Notes: generated by a model from the letters alone, not told the origin. Positions 9,133-19,159 are shown, counted from the first letter of the stretch. The stretch: 64,000 nt of DNA from Nitrosopumilaceae archaeon (GCA_965203465.1 CBDBCR010000001.1:32001-96000), one strand, 5' to 3'. A program made the numbers and translations.

Positions 9133-10381
9133 CCGTGCCAGCACCTATCAGCCGCCAGCGGTCCGATATCCTCCGGCTGATGGCCACGTTGCCGCCCGAG
9201 AACAGGCAGACGGGCCTGCGGAACTCCACGTCCACCCTGTCCCCCTTTACCGACGAGACCTTGGAGAGCAGCGGCGCGGTCCCTATGTTGAGGCGCAGGT
9301 TCTCGCCCTTTTGCACCGGCGAGACCTTGGCCTCGCCCTCCAGGCCCACCGCCAGATCGAATAGCTTTACGGTCAGCGCGGCCCGCGTGGAGTTGTCCGG
9401 CAGCGTGCCGGGCCTGCCGACCACCGAGCCGATGAACGAGTCGCTCCGGGTGAGCGAGGGGTCCAGCGATGTGCCTATGGCCACCAGGCCGCCGGGCCTT
9501 ATCGAGCCGACGGTGCCCGCGCCGGTGCCCAGCGAGACGGCCTTAGTCCGCACCGGCTCGTAGCCGCTCTTTGCCTGTATGCCCGGCTTTATCTCGATCT
9601 CCTCGCCCTCTTCGAGGCGGCCCTGCACCAGGCTGCCGCCCAGCACGCCCCCCTTTACCTTTGGTATGGCGGTGCCGGGCCTGTTTACGTCGAACGAGCG
9701 CAGCACGTGCATTATCGGATCCTTTTTCTCGTCGCGCTCGGGCGTGCGTATGCCCGTCTCCACCGACTCTATGAGGGCGTCCACGTTGAGCCCGGCCTGC
9801 GCCGAGACCGGCACCACCGGGGCCTCCTGGGCGGCGGTCCCCTTTACGAAGCCGCCGATCTCCGCGCGGTTCGAGACGGCCTCCTCGTAGGTCACCAGGT
9901 CCACCTTGTTCTGCACCACGACCATCTGGTCTATGCCCAGCGTCTGCAGCGCCAGCAGGTGCTCCTTTGTCTGGGGGCGCGGCACCTTTTCGTTGGAGGC
10001 CACCAGCAGCAGCGCGCCGTCCATCAGGGCCGAGCCGGAGAGCATGTTGGCCATGAGGCTCTCGTGGCCGGGGCTGTCCACAAAGCTGACCACGCGCGAA
10101 AACTCGCTCTGCCCGCCGCACGAGGGGCACTTTGGGGAGGTGGAATAGCCCTCGGGCGCAGAGCAGCTGGGGCACTTGTAGAACGCCGCGTCCGAGTACC
10201 CCACCCGTATGGTGATGCCGCGCTTTAGCTCCTGGCTGTGGACGCTGGTCCAGCTGCCCGTCATGGCCTGTATGAGCGTGGTCTTGCCGTGGTCTACGTG
10301 GCCGGCCGTGCCGATGTTGACGCAGGGCTGGTAGCCGTACTTTTTGACGTACCATTCGGGGAGGGTGTCCTTCCAGTGCAC
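9125..10381 (-). CDS. eif2g: Translation initiation factor aIF-2 subunit gamma
   Basis: NIGTAGHVDHGKTT, ELKRGITI, zinc ribbon, DSPGHE, QNKVD, RWRLIGAG; real start is GTG 10381 (MHWKDTLP). Confidence 0.96.
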   Translation of the reverse strand: MHWKDTLPEWYVKKYGYQPCVNIGTAGHVDHGKTTLIQAMTGSWTSVHSQELKRGITIRVGYSDAAFYKCPSCSAPEGYSTSPKCPSCGGQSEFSRVVSFVDSPGHESLMANMLSGSALMDGALLLVASNEKVPRPQTKEHLLALQTLGIDQMVVVQNKVDLVTYEEAVSNRAEIGGFVKGTAAQEAPVVPVSAQAGLNVDALIESVETGIRTPERDEKKDPIMHVLRSFDVNRPGTAIPKVKGGVLGGSLVQGRLEEGEEIEIKPGIQAKSGYEPVRTKAVSLGTGAGTVGSIRPGGLVAIGTSLDPSLTRSDSFIGSVVGRPGTLPDNSTRAALTVKLFDLAVGLEGEAKVSPVQKGENLRLNIGTAPLLSKVSSVKGDRVDVEFRRPVCLFSGGNVAISRRISDRWRLIGAGTVG

Positions 10382-10413
10382 GCCGGCCGGCCGGCGCGGT
10401 GCCTTAAGAGTAT

Positions 10414-10791
10414 TCACTCGGCCGGCTTTTCCTCGGCGGGCTTTTCGGGCAGCCGGCCGTCGAGCAGGCAGTTGATCTGGTAGATCTCTTCGGATATCGA
10501 GCCGCCGCGGACCAGCTTGCGCACGCGCTGGCCCGTCTCGGCCTTCCTGAGGCCCACCCCGCGCGAGAGCAGCACGCGCTTGCGCGCGGCGCCGTGGACG
10601 TCGCCGCGGATGGGCACGCCGGACTTGTCGCTGCCGCCCGTTATGGTCAGCTTGCCCTGCAGGCCGGCCAGCGCCGCGTCGGCCGTGCCGCCCACCTCGA
10701 GCCCTATCAGCGAAGAGGCCTCGGGGTCCTTTACCTCGCGCGAGACCGAGCGGCCCCCGGCGTCCGATATATTCAGCTTGAAGCTCACCAA
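10414..10791 (-). CDS. rps6e: 30S ribosomal protein S6e
   Basis: ITGGSDKSGVP...GQRVRKLVRG...QIN. Confidence 0.95.
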   Translation of the reverse strand: MVSFKLNISDAGGRSVSREVKDPEASSLIGLEVGGTADAALAGLQGKLTITGGSDKSGVPIRGDVHGAARKRVLLSRGVGLRKAETGQRVRKLVRGGSISEEIYQINCLLDGRLPEKPAEEKPAE

Positions 10792-10863
10792 GCGCGCGGG
10801 CGCCGGGCCGGTCTAATTTTAAGGGATCGGCACGTTTGTAAAGCCCCCGCCGGGCCGCCTCCC

Positions 10864-10977
10864 GTGGAGGGGTGCCCGCGGTGCGGCGAAAAGATGCTGC
10901 AGATTCAGGCGTGCCACATGATGTGCCCGCGGTGCGGGGCCCACTTGGACTGCTCGGACAAGGGCACCTTTTGGTAG
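10864..10977 (+). CDS. Small CPxCG zinc-finger protein (37 aa)
   Basis: MEGCPRCGEKMLQIQACHMMCPRCGAHLDCSDKGTFW; two CPRCG knuckles; TTTGTAAA box about 25 nt upstream. Confidence 0.75.
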   Translation: MEGCPRCGEKMLQIQACHMMCPRCGAHLDCSDKGTFW

Positions 10978-11151
10978 TCAGAGGCCGGGGCGGTCGGGTA
11001 TGTAGTCGGCTGCCATGTTGACCGCCTGGTCTTTCATGATCTCGAGGTATTTTTCGTAGTCGGCCTCGAACCCGCAGTGCGGGCAGGCCACGCGCGTGAC
11101 CTCGTCGTCCAAGACGGCGGGCTTTTCGCACTCGGGGCACCTTGCGTCCAC
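10978..11151 (-). CDS. Small zinc-ribbon protein (57 aa; not in ORF track)
   Basis: MDARCPECEKPAVLDDEVTRVACPHCGFEADYEKYLEIMKDQAVNMAADYIPDRPGL; TTAAATA box upstream. Confidence 0.75.
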   Translation of the reverse strand: MDARCPECEKPAVLDDEVTRVACPHCGFEADYEKYLEIMKDQAVNMAADYIPDRPGL

Positions 11152-11197
11152 GCCCCTCTTTGCGGGCCCGCGTATTTAATGCAATGGAACCGGCGGG

Positions 11198-12133
11198 CTA
11201 GCCCAGCTCGCGCAGCGCCCTGTCTATCGAGCCGCGATCCTTGGCGTCCGGCGAGAGCCTGACATACTCGCGCAGGTCCGAGCGCGCCCCGTCCCTGTCG
11301 CCCGTCTCGAGCCGCGCGACGGCCCTGTTCTTGTACGTCGAGCCGCTGCGCGCCGGGTTCACCGATATGGCGTCGGTGTAGCAGGACACAGCCTCCGCGT
11401 ACTTTTTCTCCTTTAGCATCCTGTTGCCCAGCCCGCGGTGCGCCGAGTACGCGCGCGGGTTGAGCCGCACGCACTCGCGGTACAGCCCTTCGCACTCTGC
11501 CGAGCCCCCCTCGTTGAGCATGCCGGCCAGCAGCGAGAGCGCGCACGGGTTGGACGGATCTTTTGAGACGGCCTCGCGCAGTACCGAGACGGCCCCGTCG
11601 GCGTTGCCCGAAAGCGAGTGCTTTTCGTACTCGAAGCAGAGCCGGTTGGAAAAGTCGTGCGGGCCGGGCGGCGGTATGACGTCGGGCGGCGCGATCATCA
11701 CCATCATGCGCCCCTCTTCTGCCCACATGCCGTCGAACTGCCTTTCCGGTATGGCCCCCACGTGGAACGAGCCGTCTTTTTCCATCTTTGGTATGTAGTG
11801 TATGACGGTGCCCTCTTTCGGATCGTAGCCGGATATCACCGAGGCGTGCTGAGAGGCGCCGCGCACGCCGGGCAGCACCACGATGGGCGGCACGCCCGAG
11901 TCGAGGCACTTTTTGAGGCCGGCGAGGTCTGACCTCTCAAAGCGCGCCGACAGGCCGGCCCCCTCCGCGCGCTCGACCCCCTCTATCATGACCGCGATGC
12001 CCGGCGGGTACTTGGACGCGGCCCCGGCGTCTAGCGGCAGCTTTGCCCCCCAGTAGCTGCACACCACGTTTACCGCCAGCGGCATGCACGCGTTCTCTTC
12101 CTCCACCAGAGGCAGCTGCAGGTCGTGGTCCAC
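11198..12133 (-). CDS. Peptidase C39-like domain plus TPR repeat protein
   Basis: N-terminal Cys (ENACMP) and His (QHASVISGYD) pattern; C-terminal TPR helices (AHRGLGN...YKNRAVA). Confidence 0.75.
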   Translation of the reverse strand: MDHDLQLPLVEEENACMPLAVNVVCSYWGAKLPLDAGAASKYPPGIAVMIEGVERAEGAGLSARFERSDLAGLKKCLDSGVPPIVVLPGVRGASQHASVISGYDPKEGTVIHYIPKMEKDGSFHVGAIPERQFDGMWAEEGRMMVMIAPPDVIPPPGPHDFSNRLCFEYEKHSLSGNADGAVSVLREAVSKDPSNPCALSLLAGMLNEGGSAECEGLYRECVRLNPRAYSAHRGLGNRMLKEKKYAEAVSCYTDAISVNPARSGSTYKNRAVARLETGDRDGARSDLREYVRLSPDAKDRGSIDRALRELG

Positions 12134-12233
12134 GGGCGGGGGCGCGGGCGCCGGTAAAAAAAGTCTTCAGGCGTGCGGGCGCCGTCTCCGGACAAGAGGC
12201 GCCTAGCCGGACCGGACGGGGCGCGAGCCGCCG

Positions 12234-12782
12234 CTACCCCTGATCCCGCTTGCCCGGCAGCTTTGCGAACGCGCGCAGCAGGGAGCGGCCGTCCGCCGTC
12301 ATCTCGGGGTGGAACTGCGTGCCGTACGCCAGGCCGTTGCGGTGCGCGACGATCTCGTGCATGCAAGAGTCGGAGCTGGCGACCGCCTCGAGGTGCGGGC
12401 CCGGCCGCGCTATCTCGTAGCTGTGCGATTCGAACACGTCCATCTCGGCGGGGAACAGCGGGCCGGCCGAGAGCGCGCGCACCCTCTCGGGGCCGGAGCG
12501 CCGGGCGCAGCGGCGCAGCGTGCCGCCCAGGGCCAGCGCCATGATCTCGGCCCCGTAGCATATGCCCAGCAGCGGCTTTGACTCTTTTACGCAGTGGCGC
12601 ACGACGGCCGAGTTGGCAGCGTTCATGGCCGCGTCGTTGGCGCGCCTCCCCGACAGCACGAACCGGTCGTACCTGTCCAGGGGGCCGAGCCGGTCGAAGC
12701 GGGCCGTCTCCAGCTCTGTCCCGCGCAGCGCCCCGGCTATCCGCGGGCAGTACAGGGAGCCGTTGTCGACGACAAGCAGCAA
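12234..12782 (-). CDS. Class I glutamine amidotransferase (GMP synthase GATase-like)
   Basis: VVDNGS, PLLGICYG nucleophile elbow, GTQFHPE. Confidence 0.88.
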   Translation of the reverse strand: MLLVVDNGSLYCPRIAGALRGTELETARFDRLGPLDRYDRFVLSGRRANDAAMNAANSAVVRHCVKESKPLLGICYGAEIMALALGGTLRRCARRSGPERVRALSAGPLFPAEMDVFESHSYEIARPGPHLEAVASSDSCMHEIVAHRNGLAYGTQFHPEMTADGRSLLRAFAKLPGKRDQG

Positions 12783-15626
12783 TCAGCTGCCTACCTCGAC
12801 TGCCACGTAGTGGATCTCGGGTATGGAATCGCGCACCACGATGGTGCCCACGCGCACCTCGTCGCCCTCCTCCCACATGAACACCCTGTCGCTGCGCGGC
12901 GCCACGTAGTCGTCTATGAAGCCGCCCACCAGATCCTCGGTCTGCTCCACCTCGGCGGCCGTGTAGAATATGATGCTGCCCTCCTCGAACGAGAGCGGCA
13001 CCTGTATCGAGGCCGGCTCGACCACCTCCAGGCCGGCCGCCTCGAAGGCGGCGCGCACCAGCGCCACGCGGGCCTCGCGGTCGAGCTCTTCGAGCTGCGA
13101 GCCGTCCGACGGGGCTATCCCGGACAGCTTCTGCAGGTACGCCCGGAACGCGTCCTGCTGCGTGTCGCCCAGCCCCACGTAGTATTCGCCGGTGAACGAG
13201 GCGCCCACGGCCGCTATGGTGCCGAGCTGCGCCACCACGCCGCCGGCGCCGGCCGTATATACCGGGATAAAGTACGTGTCGTGCTCGCCGACCCTGTACA
13301 GTATGTTGTCGCCCACGCGCGGGTTGCGCAGCAGCGTCTTTAGCTGGGCAAAGTCGGGATCCCTGTCGAGCGCCTCGCTGACGGCGGTCGGCCCTATCAG
13401 TTTGGTCTCGGAATCGAGGGGCACCTCGTAGAACTGCATGCGGCCCAGGTTGGGCGGGTCGTTCTGCACTATCATGTAGCCGGCCAGGTTGCGGCCCTGC
13501 GAGCCTTTCAGCTCCAGCGAGAGCAGCCCGATGAACTCGGTCTCGTCGAAGCCGGGCGGCTTTGCCTCGATGTAGTACGTCTCCAGCCCGCGGGGTATCT
13601 CGTAGAACTCGTTGGCCTGTATGAACGTCTCTACGTCGGTCACGTGGTAGGTGTTGTAGCGGTCCGTCTTCCAGTTGAACATCTCGGAGGGGTACCTCAT
13701 CTGCCCCTTTAGCCACTCGGGTATCTCCTGGAACTGGGCGCTGTACTGCGCCTCGAACATCTCGGTGAAAAAGTCGTCGCCCGTCTTTAGCAGCGCGATG
13801 TCGCCGTCGTAGACGTCGACGAGCGCGTAGCCGACCAGCCGCAGGTATGGGCTTCCCGCCGACCAGGGCACGTTGTTGGCCTGGAAGCCCACTATGAGGG
13901 GGACCAGCCAGTACGAATCCTCGCCGTCGGTGACCGGCAGGGCGTCGAGATCCTCGCCGAACATCTGGTACAGAAAGTACGGGTACAGCGTCGACATGCG
14001 GTCGTTGATGTCCTTGTACCGCATTATGTGCATCGATTCGCCGGGGAACGAGAGCAGGAAGTTGGGCTCGAAGACCCAGCTGAGCGGCGGCGGCACGTCC
14101 AGGCCGCCGGCGCCCGCGTAAAAGACCTGCTCCAGCTCCGCCGACTCGGTCCGGTTCAGGGGGTATGCGGACCACGTCTCGCTGAGCAGCCCGCCCTCGC
14201 CGTAGTATATGGAGCGCTGGCTGAAGAACTCGCTGCTGTCGACTATCTGCCCGCCGGTGGCCTCGAGCGTCAGGAACCCGTTGGGCACGTGCGTGTACAC
14301 CAGGTGCTCGTTGTACCACCTGTCCTCGAGGGTGACCGCGTCGGGTATGATCGGCTTCATGGACGCGGTCCAGTAGAGCGTGTCGTTGAAGCGCAGGATG
14401 TCGTTGTCCTCGAAATCGACGTACGGTATCAGGCCTATCTCCGGCTTTAGTTTCGCAAAGGCGGCCTCCCAGTCCCAGACCCGTATGGAATCGAGCACGT
14501 CGGTGTTGTCGTCCACGTACGCCTCTATGCTGTTGGGCGATATCGATTCGAGGCCCACGTCGTGCGTGGTCTCGTCTATGCGGTCCAGCTCCGCCAGGTA
14601 CCTGTTCACGCCTATCTCCTGGGCCTTGTACGGGCCGAGGTACTCTATCTTGCGCGCGTCGGCGATGCTGTTGTTGACCGCCAGCAGCGAGCCCATCACT
14701 ATGGCTATGACTATGACCACGCCTATCCTGACCAGCAGGTCGCGCTGGAACATGTGCGTGAGCACGCGCGCGCGCACCCTGTCTATCACCGAAAAGGCCA
14801 CCATGGCGAAGCCGATGAGCAGCGTGCCGGCGATGACGTAGCGCGTGTTGTAGTCTATAAAGTCGGTGAAGAACATGTTGAAGCCGGTCCAGATCAGGCC
14901 GGCGCCGATGACCGCCTCGACCGTCGAGACGTAGCTGAGGTAGCGCGGCTTGCCGTCCGACGAATCGCGTATGTACGAGGTTATCACGCGTATGACGGAG
15001 CCGACCCCCACGTACAGGACCAGGCGCATGCCGACGGCCGTCAGCAGGGGGGGCGCGAGCATCAGCAGCGCCGGGGCCATGGGCAGCACGTTGTCGGCGG
15101 CGAACGCGGGGTCGGTCGGCGGCGTCACGAAGGGCAGCGCGAAGAGGGCCGGCAGGCTGGCGGTCCCCATGTCGGCCCCGTCGGCCATGGACATGATCGC
15201 GAACCCGAACATGATGTTGGTGAAGAACGCGCCGAGCAGCAGCACCTTGGTTATCTGCCAGACCGCGTACGAGACCGGGGGGAGGCGGTAGTCCGAGAAC
15301 GCCACGACCGCCTTGGAGGCCGAGTCGCTGCGCTCGCGCGAGGACAGGCCGAGGCCGACCGAGACGCTGTACCAGAACATCGAGGAGCGCGCCACCGGGT
15401 TGACGCGGACCAGCGCGACGGCCGAGAGGGCCAGCGCCGAGACCAGCGAGTAGTAGAGCGGCTTTGAGAACTTTTCGCCGAACTCGGCGAAGTTCATGTA
15501 GATGCTGACCGCCTGGTTGCCCGCTATGAGGAATATCACCACGGCTATGACGGCCGTGATCCCCAGCCTGACGTACTTTCCGGTGTCTGCCGGTGGCCGC
15601 TCGCTGCTGGCCGCTGCGCTATACAA
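12783..15626 (-). CDS. UPF0182 family membrane protein
   Basis: 947 aa; N-terminal multi-TM region; IRVWD, WYNEHLVYTH, IYYGE, VDVYDG, RYP..F motifs. Confidence 0.88.
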   Translation of the reverse strand: MYSAAASSERPPADTGKYVRLGITAVIAVVIFLIAGNQAVSIYMNFAEFGEKFSKPLYYSLVSALALSAVALVRVNPVARSSMFWYSVSVGLGLSSRERSDSASKAVVAFSDYRLPPVSYAVWQITKVLLLGAFFTNIMFGFAIMSMADGADMGTASLPALFALPFVTPPTDPAFAADNVLPMAPALLMLAPPLLTAVGMRLVLYVGVGSVIRVITSYIRDSSDGKPRYLSYVSTVEAVIGAGLIWTGFNMFFTDFIDYNTRYVIAGTLLIGFAMVAFSVIDRVRARVLTHMFQRDLLVRIGVVIVIAIVMGSLLAVNNSIADARKIEYLGPYKAQEIGVNRYLAELDRIDETTHDVGLESISPNSIEAYVDDNTDVLDSIRVWDWEAAFAKLKPEIGLIPYVDFEDNDILRFNDTLYWTASMKPIIPDAVTLEDRWYNEHLVYTHVPNGFLTLEATGGQIVDSSEFFSQRSIYYGEGGLLSETWSAYPLNRTESAELEQVFYAGAGGLDVPPPLSWVFEPNFLLSFPGESMHIMRYKDINDRMSTLYPYFLYQMFGEDLDALPVTDGEDSYWLVPLIVGFQANNVPWSAGSPYLRLVGYALVDVYDGDIALLKTGDDFFTEMFEAQYSAQFQEIPEWLKGQMRYPSEMFNWKTDRYNTYHVTDVETFIQANEFYEIPRGLETYYIEAKPPGFDETEFIGLLSLELKGSQGRNLAGYMIVQNDPPNLGRMQFYEVPLDSETKLIGPTAVSEALDRDPDFAQLKTLLRNPRVGDNILYRVGEHDTYFIPVYTAGAGGVVAQLGTIAAVGASFTGEYYVGLGDTQQDAFRAYLQKLSGIAPSDGSQLEELDREARVALVRAAFEAAGLEVVEPASIQVPLSFEEGSIIFYTAAEVEQTEDLVGGFIDDYVAPRSDRVFMWEEGDEVRVGTIVVRDSIPEIHYVAVEVGS

Positions 15627-15653
15627 AACCGCCCTGCGGCCGGGCGTGGCAAA

Positions 15654-16763
15654 TTAATGCCTAACGGTCTCAGGCACGCGGGCGAACCCCTTGCAGATCA
15701 TGTAGGCCGCCGCGTAGCGGGGGACCGTCGCCTCGCCGGAGTACGGCCCGAAACTGCGCCCGCGGAGGCGGAACTGGAGGGGGCAGTCGGAGACAACGTC
15801 GGCCGGCTCGTCGTCTATGAGGCACGCCTCCGAGTAGGGGTCGAAGGCGCCGGGGTCGGCGCAGCGCACCTTGGCCATGCCGCTCTTGCTGTTGAGCGTG
15901 CCGGGCAGCCTGAATATGCGGTGCACGTCCATGGTGACGCGGTGGTCTATGACGGCCCCTATCAGGGGCGAGAGCTCCTCGAGCCTTTTCTGCATGGCGC
16001 CCCTGCCGGCAAGCTCGGCCTCCTTGAGGGCCTTGTTCCTCCTAGAGCGCGGGAACAGCCGCGCGGCCGCCCTGCCGCGCCAGCCCGGCTCGCCGTGGCG
16101 CGCCGGATCCGCGAGGCCCGAGCGCGCAAAGCCCACCGATTCGGGCGTGGCGCCGCGGAACGACAGGTAGTCGCACAGCTCGGCGCGCGCGCGCGAATCC
16201 AGCCGCGCGTAGGCCGGCTCGTCGACGTGCACGTGGAACCCCTCGTTGCCCGAAAAGTACACCGCCGCCCCCCCTATCCCCAGGTCCTCGCGCATTATCT
16301 CCAAAAGTTTGGAGACCTCTTTTTTGGCGGCCCCGATGCAGCGCCGGCACGGGAACGAGGCGCTCTCGGTGGCCCCGCCGCACTCGCACGGCCCCCGGCC
16401 CCGCCGCGCCGCGCCGCACGAGGCGCACCGCGAGCAGGCGTGGCCGGGCCTGCACTCGAGATCCAGGTCCTTTGCGTCCACGTCGAATATGAGCTCGGCG
16501 CCCCGCCAGTCCTTCTGGCCCATCTGCGCCTCCGGAAAGGCGTACGCCGCGTTGGAGCAGTACGCGTCGGCCGGCGACTGCTCGAGCATCATGGCGGACA
16601 GCTCGCCGGGCGTCTTTACGGACAGGTGCCGCACCATGCCGGAGCCGAATGGCACGTAGCCGAACTCGCGCTCGGCGATGCGGCCGGGCGGCTCGACCGA
16701 CTCTATGTTGTCGAAATAGTACTTGCGGAACGCCGACTGGAGGAACTCCAGCTCGGGGCTCAC
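15654..16763 (-). CDS. priS: DNA primase small subunit
   Basis: REFGY, ELIFDVDAKD, YFSGNEGFHV, VTMDVHRIFRLPGTLNSKSG; GTG start 16763 overlaps the priL stop. Confidence 0.95.
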   Translation of the reverse strand: MSPELEFLQSAFRKYYFDNIESVEPPGRIAEREFGYVPFGSGMVRHLSVKTPGELSAMMLEQSPADAYCSNAAYAFPEAQMGQKDWRGAELIFDVDAKDLDLECRPGHACSRCASCGAARRGRGPCECGGATESASFPCRRCIGAAKKEVSKLLEIMREDLGIGGAAVYFSGNEGFHVHVDEPAYARLDSRARAELCDYLSFRGATPESVGFARSGLADPARHGEPGWRGRAAARLFPRSRRNKALKEAELAGRGAMQKRLEELSPLIGAVIDHRVTMDVHRIFRLPGTLNSKSGMAKVRCADPGAFDPYSEACLIDDEPADVVSDCPLQFRLRGRSFGPYSGEATVPRYAAAYMICKGFARVPETVRH

Positions 16764-17758
16764 GCGCGGCGCACCCCGAACTGCCCCGGGTGGAAGATGC
16801 CGTCGCACTCGGCGGTCGCGAAGCACAGGTCGTCGCGCTTTATCTTTTCGCACGAGGGGCACGAGTACGGCCCGCCGTCCCGGCCCCGTATTATCTGGCC
16901 GAGCTGGTAGCGCGTGACCCGCTCGTTGTAGTCGGGCGCGTTCTTGAAGAGCGGCGCTATCTGGTCTGCGCCCTGCCCGCGCGATATCAGGTAGGTGGCC
17001 AGCATGAACCGGCCCGAGTGGGGCAGGTTCTGCCCCTTTTCGAGCACCTCTATGGCGTGCTTTACGCACGGGGGGTACTCGCCGGACTGCGCGGTGGGCA
17101 CGTGGAAGCGGGCGGCCAGCTCTTCGAGCCGGGCGACTGCCCCCGAAAAGCCGGCGGCCTGCGGCGGTGCCGGCGCCGAGGTTATGCGCTCGGAGATGTA
17201 CTCTGATATGCCGGCGCGCAGCAGCCGGACCGTCTCGTGGGCGGTCAGCAGGACTTTGCCGGAATCGACCCGCCGGTTGACCAGCTTCCACTCGCGCTCG
17301 TGGAAACTGGAGGCGCGCGCAAGATAGTCGGGGGCCGCGATGGCGACGCCGTCTTCGGTCTTTGATACGGATATCGAAAAGAGCTCTTCTATTATGCCCA
17401 GCGCCAGCCTTTCGCGCTCTCCGTCCTGCATGGAGCCGAGGTCGCGCTCCAAGTGCCTCTCGGCCCTGCGCGCCTCGGCCAGCGAGAACCTGCGCACCAG
17501 CGTCATGGCGTGCGTCATGCGCAGCAGCACCACGGCCAGCAGAAACGAAAAGACCGAGGCGTCCAGCGAGCTGTCGGGCGGCGAGTACACGCGCCCGTCG
17601 GCTGCCACCTCTATTCTTTTGACCGCCTCTTCCATGAACCCGGCGAGGTCGGGGTCGGTCCCCAGGTCCTCGAGGGTGAACCCCTGGTCTGCCAGGTATT
17701 TGCCCGCGTCGGGCAGGAACGGGTACTTTGCGAGCTCGTCGCGGCCGAGGCGGATCAC
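16760..17758 (-). CDS. priL: DNA primase large subunit
   Basis: AKYPFL, WKLVNR, YPPCVK, NLPHSGRF, PDYNERVTRYQ, YSCPSCEK Fe-S cysteines; GTG start at 17758. Confidence 0.95.
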   Translation of the reverse strand: MIRLGRDELAKYPFLPDAGKYLADQGFTLEDLGTDPDLAGFMEEAVKRIEVAADGRVYSPPDSSLDASVFSFLLAVVLLRMTHAMTLVRRFSLAEARRAERHLERDLGSMQDGERERLALGIIEELFSISVSKTEDGVAIAAPDYLARASSFHEREWKLVNRRVDSGKVLLTAHETVRLLRAGISEYISERITSAPAPPQAAGFSGAVARLEELAARFHVPTAQSGEYPPCVKHAIEVLEKGQNLPHSGRFMLATYLISRGQGADQIAPLFKNAPDYNERVTRYQLGQIIRGRDGGPYSCPSCEKIKRDDLCFATAECDGIFHPGQFGVRRA

Positions 17759-17834
17759 GGGGGGGCGGTATGCCCGGGCCTTTAAATCTGTGCGGGCCGC
17801 GGGCGCGGAAACCGGCCGGGATCGCGCTCCCGGA

Positions 17835-18266
17835 TCAGGCCCATTCAATCGGCAAGAAAGAGAGCATTCTGTTGGTTGAGATTACGGGAATTCCCTCCAC
17901 CGCCTTCATCTGGCGAAAGCGTTGGTTGTCGGTGACGATGTAGTCCGCGCGGCCGTCGCGCGCGGCGCTGAGCACGATGGCGTGGTCTTGATCGCCCACT
18001 ACGGTGAATAGAGATGTCGGGCGAACGAGCTCGATCGAACCTGTCGCCGACTCGAATCTTTCAAGCGCGCCGCGGCTCGCTTCGGATCCCAACCCGCTCA
18101 GAGTTTTGTTTACCGCGGTTATGATGCCCGGGGAGCCGAGCAGGACGTATTGCTTGCCAGATACGGCCCCGTCTACGAGCCGTCTGGCTTTTCCGTTGCG
18201 GATAGCTGCGCTGACGGGCACGCCGGTGTCCAAGACTGCGCGGTGCTTCGTCTCTGCTGTTTCCAG
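17835..18266 (-). CDS. PIN-family (VapC-like) toxin, copy 1, degenerate active site
   Basis: VLDTGVPVSA (versus DTNVLVSA), GDQDHAI (versus DPDDDI), IVTDNQRF (versus IVTGDRHL); start uncertain (CTG 18266 or TTG 18233). Confidence 0.7.
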   Translation of the reverse strand: METAETKHRAVLDTGVPVSAAIRNGKARRLVDGAVSGKQYVLLGSPGIITAVNKTLSGLGSEASRGALERFESATGSIELVRPTSLFTVVGDQDHAIVLSAARDGRADYIVTDNQRFRQMKAVEGIPVISTNRMLSFLPIEWA

Positions 18267-18281
18267 TTTCTGTACTTGCAG

Positions 18282-18590
18282 CTAAGGCTGCGCCTTTGAC
18301 GCGTTCAGCGACGCCTGCATTCTCTTCTCCCTTTCTTCCCTCCTGTGTTTGTGAACCAGTTCTACGACTTCCTCTTCGGACATTGTTATGTTGTGTTTGT
18401 CCATTTCCTCGCAAAGCTCGGCCCACGCGGCCTCTGCGCTGTTGGCCGGGACCACCATCATCATGATCTTGCCGTTTTCGCGCCAGGCGACGGCCTTTAT
18501 GGGGGCCGCCAAGCCGATCTCCTTGAGCAGGGCCTCGGGGACGGTCACTCGATCCTTTTCGTCCATGTCGGTCACTATCGGCTTAACCAT
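18282..18590 (-). CDS. AbrB/MazE-type antitoxin, copy 1
   Basis: DEKDRVTVPEALLKEIGL AbrB fold start; acidic MSEEEVVELV tail; lies upstream of a PIN gene. Confidence 0.8.
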   Translation of the reverse strand: MVKPIVTDMDEKDRVTVPEALLKEIGLAAPIKAVAWRENGKIMMMVVPANSAEAAWAELCEEMDKHNITMSEEEVVELVHKHRREEREKRMQASLNASKAQP

Positions 18591-18613
18591 TCGCCGTTCT
18601 GCGCATCGCGGGA

Positions 18614-18624
18614 CTTAATATTTT
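18614..18624 (-). promoter_or_regulatory. Archaeal BRE/TATA promoter of TA unit 1 (repeated near 19470 and 20490)
   Basis: Minus strand AAAATATTAAG about 24 nt upstream of the antitoxin ATG in all three copies. Confidence 0.65.
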
Positions 18625-18704
18625 GAGCGGATCCTACCCGCACGAGGGCCCCGACGGGGCGCCGGTATCGGCCGGAATCGCGCATACGGATCTGCATATG
18701 CCGA

Positions 18705-19115
18705 TCAGGACTGCAAGAGATCGAGCATCCGGGCGATCGTGATTATGGGGATCCCCCGGAACTCTCCCATCCCGAGAAGGTGCCTATCGCCGGTGACTAT
18801 GTAGTCGGCATGACCGTCGTGCGCTGCGTTGATCACGATGTCATCGTCCGGATCGGCTCGTACCTCCCTGAATTCCGACTCTGTGGCCACGATCTCGGCC
18901 GAAGTCGTCACTAACTGGAATATTCCAAGCGCGTCTGGGTGCATTTCGAATTTAGGCCTGCTCAGGACGTTTTCTGTTTCACTGATGATCTCTGGAGAGA
19001 TGATCAGATCGTATTGTTTGTCATCCATGGCCTTGTTTACGAGTTGTCTAGCTCTTCCGTTTTTGGTAGCGGCACTGACTAACACGTTGGTGTCCAAGAC
19101 TGCACGATACTTCAA
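18705..19115 (-). CDS. PIN-family (VapC-like) toxin, copy 2, intact
   Basis: VLDTNVLVSA, IISETENVL, DPDDDIV..A, ADYIVTGDRHLL: full acidic tetrad. Confidence 0.9.
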   Translation of the reverse strand: MKYRAVLDTNVLVSAATKNGRARQLVNKAMDDKQYDLIISPEIISETENVLSRPKFEMHPDALGIFQLVTTSAEIVATESEFREVRADPDDDIVINAAHDGHADYIVTGDRHLLGMGEFRGIPIITIARMLDLLQS

Positions 19116-19159
19116 GGTCTCTGCTGTTTCCAGTTTCTGTACTTAAAGACAGCTAAAAC

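Noticed and set aside
12135-12232. GC-rich hairpins between the GATase and TPR genes as a tRNA or ribozyme
   Set aside because: No cloverleaf, T-loop or catalytic core; the stems are explainable by GC content.
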